From Gammaproteobacteria bacterium (GTDB taxonomy: Bacteria > Pseudomonadota > Gammaproteobacteria > PIWD01), in contig PIWD01000001.1 of NCBI GenBank assembly GCA_003354005.1, forward strand, positions 19,489 to 83,488: a DNA stretch of 64,000 nt. Direction: 5' to 3'. Positions 43,188-50,808 of the stretch are shown one piece after another (position 1 is the first letter of the stretch; each line of letters starts with the position of its first letter). Made by a program: the position numbers and the translations under genes. The notes under the pieces were generated by a model. That model was not told where the DNA came from, ran no database searches, and worked only from the letters and a program-made list of their open reading frames with translations.

Positions 43188-44213
43188 TTAAGCCTGTGTT
43201 GTGAAGTGTAGCATTCGCTCAATCGGTTTACGTGCTTTTTGGATAATGCCACCATCCAGTATAATTTCTCCCCATTCATTCTGCAAAGCATCATATAAAT
43301 TTTGTAAGTGGTTCATCGCCATCCATGGGCAGTGTCCGCAGCTCTTGCAGGTGGCACCATGTCCACTTGTGGGTGCCTCTAGCAGCAATTTATGTGGTGC
43401 AGCCTGCTGCATTTTGTAGAAAATACCACGATCTGTTGCGACGATAAAGGTTGTATGCGGTAGCTCGAAGGTTGCTTTAATCAATCGACTGGTTGAACCC
43501 ACCACATCTGCTAATGCAATAACTGCTTTAGGAGCCTCTGGATGCACCAATAGTCCTGCTTCTGGGTACTGCTGCTGAAGTTTCTGTATGCCATTGGCCT
43601 TAAATTCTTCATGTACCACACATGCACCACCCCACACAACCATATCAGCACCTGTTTGATTCTGAATGTAATGACCTAAATGACGATCAGGAGCCCAAAT
43701 TAGTTTCTCTCCATGTCGTGTTAAATGATCAACCACATCGCATGCAATGCTAGAGGTAACAACCCAATCAGCCCGTGCTTTAACGGCAGCGGCTGTATTG
43801 GCGTATACCACAACCGTACGTTCTGGGTGCTGGTCACAAAATGCTGAAAATTCTTTGATGGGGCATCCTAAATCAAGAGAACAAGTTGCGTCTAAGCTTG
43901 GCATTAGCACTTTTTTGTGGGGACTTAAAATTTTAGCTGTCTCACCCATAAAGCGTACACCAACAACAACCAATATATCTGCAGGATGCTGATGACCGAA
44001 TCGCGCCATTTCTAGTGAATCCGAAACAATACCGCCAGTTTCCTCAGTTAATGCTTGTAAAATAGGATCAGTATAATAATGTGTAATTAATACAGCATTT
44101 TTTTCACGCAGCATGACGTGGATACGCTGTATCAAATCAGATTGTTGTATCTCAGTTAGCTCTGGAACAAGCGTGGTGTCTGGCATTTCAAAGGTTGCAG
44201 ATGGTCTAAACAT
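43188..44213 (-). CDS. nadA: Quinolinate synthase NadA
   Basis: 341 aa; conserved Cys ligands (CxxC..., C..C.HC) and NadA triple-repeat fold pattern. Confidence 0.8.
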   Translation of the reverse strand: MFRPSATFEMPDTTLVPELTEIQQSDLIQRIHVMLREKNAVLITHYYTDPILQALTEETGGIVSDSLEMARFGHQHPADILVVVGVRFMGETAKILSPHKKVLMPSLDATCSLDLGCPIKEFSAFCDQHPERTVVVYANTAAAVKARADWVVTSSIACDVVDHLTRHGEKLIWAPDRHLGHYIQNQTGADMVVWGGACVVHEEFKANGIQKLQQQYPEAGLLVHPEAPKAVIALADVVGSTSRLIKATFELPHTTFIVATDRGIFYKMQQAAPHKLLLEAPTSGHGATCKSCGHCPWMAMNHLQNLYDALQNEWGEIILDGGIIQKARKPIERMLHFTTQA

Positions 44214-44437
44214 AAAAATATCTGTTATAAAAATATTCCATTAATTGTGATTTAAGGAACGACTGCACTTCCCGTGCCACGTATCTTTATCTTAGCACAT
44301 CTCTAAATATGTACAACTCCAAGTTTATCGAGCAGATCTATGAGATTATCCTATAATAGAAGGTATAGAAGCTATACAAGAGACTGAAGACATCAAAAAT
44401 TTCCTAGAATACAGCAGAAATAAAGGAATAGGTAAAT

Positions 44438-45376
44438 ATGAAAGGATGGATTTTATACCATAAACAGCAAGATGAACTCAGTCAAGAAGACTACGATATT
44501 CATCGATTACTAGAGGCGGCCAAGGCAAAGCATATACCCTTAAAGATTTATTCACCAAAAGAATTCGAGTTAATCGTTAGCCGTGATGATCAAAAAAGTG
44601 TCTTATTGAATGGTAAGATGATTGCATTACCTGATTTCTTAATACCGAGGATTGGTGCGAAAACGACTTATTTTGGATTGGCTGTAATTCGACAGTTAGA
44701 GCGATTAAATATTTATGTGTGCAATATGTCTTCAACTGTTGAGATCGTTAAAGATAAATTACGTATTCATCAAATCTTGGCAGAAAGTAATCTACCAACC
44801 CCCAAAACTATGTTACTGAAGTTCCCAGTTAATATTGAATTAGTTGAGGAAGAAATTAACTTTCCACTTATCATAAAAGATATTAACGGTACCGAGGGTC
44901 AAGGTATTTATCTGTGTGAGTCTTCCCTTAAATTTAAAGAATTAATGGAATTGCTAGATAGCTATAAAGAAAACATCCATATGATTATCCAAGAATTTAT
45001 ATCAGGGAGCAAAGGAACAGACCTACGAGTTATTGTGATAGGTGGTAAGGTTATTGGTTGTATTAAGCGTACAGCAACTGATGGCAGTTTTAAGGCAAAT
45101 TATTCCTTAGGTGCTAAAATTGAGCCTTTCCAACTAAACCCAGAAATTGAATCGCTAGCATTAGAAACAGCAAAATTGCTGAATTTAGAAACAGCAGGGA
45201 TTGACCTTTTATTTAATGAGGAGGGCTATAAGGTATTAGAGGCGAATTCATCTCCAGGATTTGAGGGTTTTGAAAAAGTGAATGGTAAATATGTTGCTGA
45301 GGAAATTCTATCGCATGTCTTGTTACAAACGTCTGAGTGTATAAAAAAAAGGGGGAATCAATGTGTCGATTTATAA
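44438..45376 (+). CDS. RimK-like ATP-grasp ligase
   Basis: 312 aa; ATP-grasp pattern (PLIIKDINGTEGQGIYL, DLRVIVIGGKVIG, AGIDLLF), pre-ATP-grasp N-domain. Confidence 0.65.
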   Translation: MKGWILYHKQQDELSQEDYDIHRLLEAAKAKHIPLKIYSPKEFELIVSRDDQKSVLLNGKMIALPDFLIPRIGAKTTYFGLAVIRQLERLNIYVCNMSSTVEIVKDKLRIHQILAESNLPTPKTMLLKFPVNIELVEEEINFPLIIKDINGTEGQGIYLCESSLKFKELMELLDSYKENIHMIIQEFISGSKGTDLRVIVIGGKVIGCIKRTATDGSFKANYSLGAKIEPFQLNPEIESLALETAKLLNLETAGIDLLFNEEGYKVLEANSSPGFEGFEKVNGKYVAEEILSHVLLQTSECIKKRGNQCVDL

Positions 45377-46218
45377 CTTATCTAGGTAAGAAACCAGTTT
45401 TAATCGGCGAAATTTTAGATAAGCCATCTAATTCACTCATCAATCAAAGCAGAAGGGCAAAAGAAAGTGCAACAGACTTAAATGCGGATGGTTTTGGTAT
45501 TGGGTGGTATAATTTTTCCATTGATGATAACCCTGGTATCTTTAAATCGATACAACCAGCTTGGAACAACAACAATCTGCAAAATTTGGCTGAAAAGATA
45601 CAATCTACTTGTTTTGTAGGACATGTTCGTGCATGTACCGTAGGGGATATCACCACCTTAAACTGTCACCCTTTTTTTTATAAGAATTATTTATTTGTGC
45701 ATAATGGTACAATCGATAACTTTTCTCGATTTAAACGGCCTATTTTGAATGAGCTTTCTGACACTTATTTTGATATAATCAAGGGGCAGAGTGACTCGGA
45801 ACATTTTTTTGCATTACTCATGGACTGTTTTTATAAAATAAAAGGTGATCACTTTTTAAATGATATGACACTCGCTTTTAAAGTAGCAATCCAAAAACTT
45901 CAAACCATACGAGATGCGATTGGCACTCACTCTTGCATAAAGTTAAACACTATGATCACAAATGGGCAAGAGCTACTTGCTTTGCGCTACACATACCCTT
46001 TAGAAAAAAAACATTTATCACTGTACTATGCATCAGCAGCTTACGTGAAGTATGATGGAAAGGTTCTTATGCAACGTATAAGAGATCAGGCAGCAACGGC
46101 CGTTGTAATTGCCTCAGAACCACTTACAGAGATATCAGAAACTTGGAAAAAAATTCCAGAAAACCATATCCTGAAAGTGGATAGGGGTTTTAACCTCAAT
46201 TTCGAGAAAAGCAACTAA
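45361..46218 (+). CDS. Class-II (Ntn) glutamine amidotransferase-like protein, YafJ/EgtC-type, Cys2 nucleophile
   Basis: Starts MCRF(I/L)(T/A)YLG as EgtC/YafJ; ATG at 45361 overlaps rimK-like stop by 16 nt; 285 aa. Confidence 0.6.
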   Translation: MCRFITYLGKKPVLIGEILDKPSNSLINQSRRAKESATDLNADGFGIGWYNFSIDDNPGIFKSIQPAWNNNNLQNLAEKIQSTCFVGHVRACTVGDITTLNCHPFFYKNYLFVHNGTIDNFSRFKRPILNELSDTYFDIIKGQSDSEHFFALLMDCFYKIKGDHFLNDMTLAFKVAIQKLQTIRDAIGTHSCIKLNTMITNGQELLALRYTYPLEKKHLSLYYASAAYVKYDGKVLMQRIRDQAATAVVIASEPLTEISETWKKIPENHILKVDRGFNLNFEKSN

Positions 46219-46410
46219 TAACATCGCGATTTCAAAGTAATTTCAAAAAAACATTGTTAAAAATAAAGAGCTTAAGAGCTACAAACTCCCTTACTTAACA
46301 AGAATAAATTTATTTACTTGGAACAGCTGGAATTTGGTTGACAGTCCCAGAATCGTTTGCCACACTGTTTAGCTGTTCTGCTCCTCTAAAAAGAGGACAG
46401 AGGGATTCTT

Positions 46411-47910
46411 GTGGTAAGACAAGAGGCTTTTTATTTCAGTTGTGGTAGTTGGGATGGTGTAATGGATATTAGTTATTTCTTTAGTAGGGTGTTTCTTGTA
46501 CTGAGGTCTGTAAGTGATGCGCTTGCTACTTTAGTTCGCATGATCATTTTTGCACTTCTTACTCTTGCGATTCCAGTAGGTTTTGGAGTCGTTCTTGGGT
46601 TGACAGTAGGGCTTGGCTTTAGTATGTTATTTTATGTGTTTGATGTGCTATTTATCTGGAAGCTATATAGAGTCAATAGACTCTTTCCTATTGTTCTTGG
46701 TTATCCTAGAGCCCTCTCTCTTATCTCTTTAGTGTTTTTACATTTTGCTAGAGCATTGGGGTTCTGCTCAGAAATAGCATTTGTTTTTGCCCTTCTATAT
46801 ACCTCCAAGCTAATCATTTTCTATCTACTATGCCTAGCCGTATCGGCATGTGTTGGTTTGTTTGTGGGCACATTTTTAGGTATAGTTGTTTTTGCTTGTA
46901 TTTATAGAGAATATAGTGCATTAACTTTGGTCATTCCTCTTGTCTTATTCGCAGTTTTCATTTTTTTAATTTTCTTGTCACTATACTTTTCCTTTACTGG
47001 TTCAATTTTTGCTGTGAAATTGTGTGTGGGTTTCTGCTTTATTGTGTTTATCATTGAATGTAAGAAGTGTAAAATGTATTTACGGCATGCGTTATCTCTT
47101 GATTTTTGGTATGTAATACGTGAAATTCTACTTGGTGCCAGGGCTATTGAGTTATGGGCCGAGTTCTTGGGTTCAGGTCTTGTAGTTAGTAATATAGGCA
47201 GTAATAATAACGTGTTGAAAAATCTGTTGCTGGTAATGGATTCAGATGAAGATTTACAGTCTCTTCAATTAGTTACTTCAGATCAATTAGAGCAATTAGA
47301 TCAATTAGATCGATTAGAGCAATTAGAGCAATTAGAGAAGGAAATTCGATGTGGAATTTTACATGAGTTGCCAGATGCTCCTGTTAGAACAGGAGCTATG
47401 GTAGCTGTGTGTGGTTTAGAGTCTCTTATTAGGTGGTGTAGAGAGAAGGTTGACAGTGATGCTGCCATTAATGCTCCCATTATGGGAGCTTCTTTAGCAC
47501 TGCAAAAAATATACGTAGGCTACGGAATGGAAACTGTCAACTCTTTTTTTGATATTATTGAGAGTGATCAGGAGATACGTGGTATTTTAGGCATTGGAGA
47601 AGGAGTGAATAAAAATACATTCTGTAATAACTACATTAAAAAACGAAATGCTGTACAAAGAAAGATTAATGCTATACAAGGGGAGTTAATGGATGATGAA
47701 CAGATTGAAGAGCAAGAGCAAGGAGTAATAGTTGAGATAGAAAGTGAATACTGCCTTAATTTTCTTCAACAACAGGATCTCGCCCAGGAGGGATTTCAGC
47801 CCATTGCTGTACGCCCCCAGCCAGACATTGTACAGCAGTTCATTGATGTGGAAGTGCCTGCTGGGGGGCTTCCTAGTTTGCATTTAGGTGCTAGCTCTTA
47901 TTGGAGCTAA
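46411..47910 (+). CDS. Hypothetical polytopic membrane protein with C-terminal coiled-coil/acidic soluble domain; contains in-frame 9-bp tandem repeat
   Basis: About 230 aa of TM helices, then LEQLDQLDRLEQLEQLEKE encoded by (CAATTAGAG/T)n at about 47285-47340; start codon uncertain. Confidence 0.5.
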   Translation: MVRQEAFYFSCGSWDGVMDISYFFSRVFLVLRSVSDALATLVRMIIFALLTLAIPVGFGVVLGLTVGLGFSMLFYVFDVLFIWKLYRVNRLFPIVLGYPRALSLISLVFLHFARALGFCSEIAFVFALLYTSKLIIFYLLCLAVSACVGLFVGTFLGIVVFACIYREYSALTLVIPLVLFAVFIFLIFLSLYFSFTGSIFAVKLCVGFCFIVFIIECKKCKMYLRHALSLDFWYVIREILLGARAIELWAEFLGSGLVVSNIGSNNNVLKNLLLVMDSDEDLQSLQLVTSDQLEQLDQLDRLEQLEQLEKEIRCGILHELPDAPVRTGAMVAVCGLESLIRWCREKVDSDAAINAPIMGASLALQKIYVGYGMETVNSFFDIIESDQEIRGILGIGEGVNKNTFCNNYIKKRNAVQRKINAIQGELMDDEQIEEQEQGVIVEIESEYCLNFLQQQDLAQEGFQPIAVRPQPDIVQQFIDVEVPAGGLPSLHLGASSYWS

Positions 47911-47941
47911 ACTAATTAAGCCAGCAGGTGAAGTACAGCGT

Positions 47942-48163
47942 ATGTCCCAGGTGTTGTCCATTATTGTAAATAAGCAGACCATAAATCTGTCATTGCCAAC
48001 TGGCAGCTTGTTGGTCGATGTTGTGGGAGCGTTAAAGATCTGCCAGGGGCAGCCCTTTGCTGTGCAAGTGAATCAGCACTTTGTACCACGTAGTGCCTAT
48101 ATTAAAACGCGTATTTATTCAAAGGATTGCTTAGATATTTTATTAGCAGCTCCAGGAGGGTAG
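47942..48163 (+). CDS. thiS: Sulfur carrier protein ThiS
   Basis: Small protein ending in Gly-Gly immediately upstream of thiG. Confidence 0.7.
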   Translation: MSQVLSIIVNKQTINLSLPTGSLLVDVVGALKICQGQPFAVQVNQHFVPRSAYIKTRIYSKDCLDILLAAPGG

Positions 48164-48166
48164 ATT

Positions 48167-48961
48167 ATGTTCTGGAAGATTGCAGATAAAAGTTTAAATC
48201 AACGTTTTATTTTGGGAACAGCACTTTATCCATCGCCACAGGTTATGCAGGATGCTATTCGTGTGGCTGATTGTCAGGTTATAACGGTTTCAATACGCCG
48301 GCAAATTGCTCATCAGTCACAGGAAGCATCTCATTCACAAACATTTTGGTCCTATATCAAACAGCTTGGTTGCCATATTTTACCGAATACAGCAGCTTGT
48401 AAAAGTGCTGATGAAGCGATACAGACAGCACATATGGCACGTGAGCTATTCCAGACGAATTGGATTAAACTAGAAGTTATAGGAGATGATTATAATCTTG
48501 CACCCAACCCATTTGAGTTATTAAAGGCATGCCAGCAGTTAATAAAAGATGGGTTTACCGTATTCCCCTACACCACGGATGATCTTATTGTTGCACAACA
48601 CTTAGTGGATTTAGGGTGTAAGATCATTATGCCAGGGGTTGCGCCCATTGGTTCTGGTCAAGGTGTGTGTAATCCGCAAGCACTCCGCACCTTGCGAAAA
48701 CGTCTGCCAGATACGACTTTAATTGTTGATGCAGGTATTGGCAAGCCTTCTGATGCCTGTCAGGTCATGGAGATGGGCTTTGATGCTGTTTTGCTCAACA
48801 GTGCTGTCGCATTAGCGCATGACCCCGTAATGATGGCGGGAGCCTTTCGTCAGTCCATTCAAGCAGGACATCAAGCTTATCAGGCTGGTTTAATGACAAA
48901 GCGTAATTTTGCTTCTCCCAGCACACCCTTATTGGGTGGTAAGGCTTTATGGCAGGAATAA
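48167..48961 (+). CDS. thiG: Thiazole synthase ThiG
   Basis: 264 aa, KLEVIGDD, LMPGVAPIGSGQG, DAGIG.PSDA motifs. Confidence 0.85.
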   Translation: MFWKIADKSLNQRFILGTALYPSPQVMQDAIRVADCQVITVSIRRQIAHQSQEASHSQTFWSYIKQLGCHILPNTAACKSADEAIQTAHMARELFQTNWIKLEVIGDDYNLAPNPFELLKACQQLIKDGFTVFPYTTDDLIVAQHLVDLGCKIIMPGVAPIGSGQGVCNPQALRTLRKRLPDTTLIVDAGIGKPSDACQVMEMGFDAVLLNSAVALAHDPVMMAGAFRQSIQAGHQAYQAGLMTKRNFASPSTPLLGGKALWQE

Positions 48962-50451
48962 TGTCAAAGAAACCGATCGTTTGGAGTATAGCAGGTTCTG
49001 ATTCAGGCGGTGGTGCTGGCATTCAAGCTGACTTATATACCTTTCATGACCTAGGGGTCTTTGGCTGCACAGCAATTACGGCAATTACAGCGCAAAATAG
49101 TCATAGTGTCCAACATATCCATTGGTGCGATGCAAAGACATTACGCAGTCAGTTACGAGCATTAGATGAAGACTTGCCAGCCAAGGTCATTAAACTGGGG
49201 ATGCTTGGTTCATTGGCGGCACTACAGGTTGTGGCTGAGTTCTTAAAGCATTATAACGGCTTAATCGTCTGCGACCCCGTCTTAGTAACCAGCAGTGGAA
49301 CCTGTTTAAATAAAAATCCCAAAACCATACCATATTTTATAGAGCATGTACTGCCCCAAATTGACTTATTGACCCCTAATCAATATGAGGTTCAAGCATT
49401 ATTACAAGAGAGACAAGAAAAACCGTATGCTGTGACAAAAGCAGGTCAAGCACTACTAGACTTGGGGGCAAAAAATGTCTTGATAAAAGGTGGGCCAGCA
49501 AATGCTAACATGCCCCATATACAGACTAGCTTTAAAACCAGGGAGCATCTCTCCCCTGATTATTGTCAAGATTACTGGTGCAGTGCACATCATAGTAAAT
49601 GGTTAACTTTACCACGTTATCCAAATGAGAATAATCACGGCTCGGGTTGTAGTTTATCCGCAGCAGTTGCTGCTTGCTTAGCACATGATTACTCCATGCT
49701 TGACGCGATTACTCTTGCTAAAGCTTACGTGACACAGGGTATCCGTACGGCTATCCGTTATGGAAAAGGCCCTGGGCCAGTTGTTCATAGGGGTTTTCCT
49801 GAACAGCTTATTGACCTTCCATGGATTACGGACACAGCGAGTAGGGGAGTGGCATCTCGCATACATTTTAAACACATGCCATCCCATTACAGAGGCATCT
49901 ACCCGATTGTACGTACCCGTACAGAAATTGAAACCTTATTACCACTAGGCATAAAACTTATTCAATTGCGTATAAAACAAGGCAAAATAACGCAAGCAAT
50001 GCGCAATGAGATTAAAACGAGTATCGCATTGGTGCGCCGTCACCAAGCCTGTTTAGTTATCAATGATCACTGGCAGTTAGCACTAGAATACAAGGCAGAT
50101 GCAGTTCATCTAGGTCAGGAAGACCTAGAGAAAGCTGATTTACATGCACTTGAGCAAGCTGGTATTTACTTAGGTATCAGTTGCCATTCACTAGCAGAAA
50201 TTGCGCAGGCACACACAATAAGGCCATCATACCTGGCATTTGGTCCGATCTTTGATACACGGAGCAAAGTTATGAAAGATGCACCACAGGGTCTCGCACG
50301 ATTGGAGACCATAAGGCGTTGGGTTGGAAATTATGACCAGCCCATACATTATCCATTGGTTGCTATCGGTGGTATCGATGCTTCATGTATATCTAAAGTC
50401 TTAGGGACTGGTATTCGGACGTGCGCTGTTTTGAGCAGTATTGCAGTTTGA
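48961..50451 (+). CDS. thiDE: Bifunctional hydroxymethylpyrimidine/phosphomethylpyrimidine kinase ThiD + thiamine-phosphate synthase ThiE fusion
   Basis: N-terminus IAGSDSGGGAGIQADL (ThiD), C-terminal half TMP-TENI fold (VINDHWQLA...HLGQEDL...); ATG overlaps thiG stop (TAATG). Confidence 0.75.
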   Translation: MSKKPIVWSIAGSDSGGGAGIQADLYTFHDLGVFGCTAITAITAQNSHSVQHIHWCDAKTLRSQLRALDEDLPAKVIKLGMLGSLAALQVVAEFLKHYNGLIVCDPVLVTSSGTCLNKNPKTIPYFIEHVLPQIDLLTPNQYEVQALLQERQEKPYAVTKAGQALLDLGAKNVLIKGGPANANMPHIQTSFKTREHLSPDYCQDYWCSAHHSKWLTLPRYPNENNHGSGCSLSAAVAACLAHDYSMLDAITLAKAYVTQGIRTAIRYGKGPGPVVHRGFPEQLIDLPWITDTASRGVASRIHFKHMPSHYRGIYPIVRTRTEIETLLPLGIKLIQLRIKQGKITQAMRNEIKTSIALVRRHQACLVINDHWQLALEYKADAVHLGQEDLEKADLHALEQAGIYLGISCHSLAEIAQAHTIRPSYLAFGPIFDTRSKVMKDAPQGLARLETIRRWVGNYDQPIHYPLVAIGGIDASCISKVLGTGIRTCAVLSSIAV

Positions 50452-50500
50452 TTTTTGTATTGCACCCTTGCAGTATCTATAGTCAATAAGTAAATTACTG

Positions 50501-50530
50501 GGAACAGCCAGCCTGTTCCAATATTTCTTG
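50501..50530 (+). terminator. Rho-independent terminator candidate after thiDE
   Basis: GGAACAG-CCAGC-CTGTTCC hairpin followed by AATATTTCTT. Confidence 0.5.
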
Positions 50531-50802
50531 ACATTCTCGTAGAGCAACAGTACACTCTAGATATGAGAATGAGGAAATCGTACGAATTTAGGATAAAGCC
50601 GAGTGCTGAGCAGGTCGCTCAACTAGGTCGGTTTTCGGTTTGTTGTCGCTTTGTTTGGAACAGGGTCACTTTAGTGGCTGGGCTACCGTGTTAGTCTGTG
50701 GAGAAGATGGTTGGCATCAGGTTTCCCTACAAACGAGTGATCTAGTAGTGACCTGAATCTCTATTCAGGAATCGCCTTCCTTTAGTGGGGGGGAGGATGT
50801 CA
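50527..50802 (+). mobile_element. Miniature IS200/IS605-family (TnpB-only type) derivative, copy 2
   Basis: TTGACA-N17-TACACT at 50528-50556; mini-ORF 50563-50694 MRMRKSYEFRIKPSAEQVAQLGRFSVCCRFVWNRV... = TnpB N-terminal HTH signature (YxFRxxPxxEQ...GxxRFVxN); 3' part conserved with copy 1. Confidence 0.65.
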
Positions 50803-50808
50803 ATTATC

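Noticed and set aside
47500-47950. Expected TPP riboswitch upstream of thiS
   Set aside because: No convincing aptamer consensus was seen by eye. Reported instead as an absence to be checked with Infernal.
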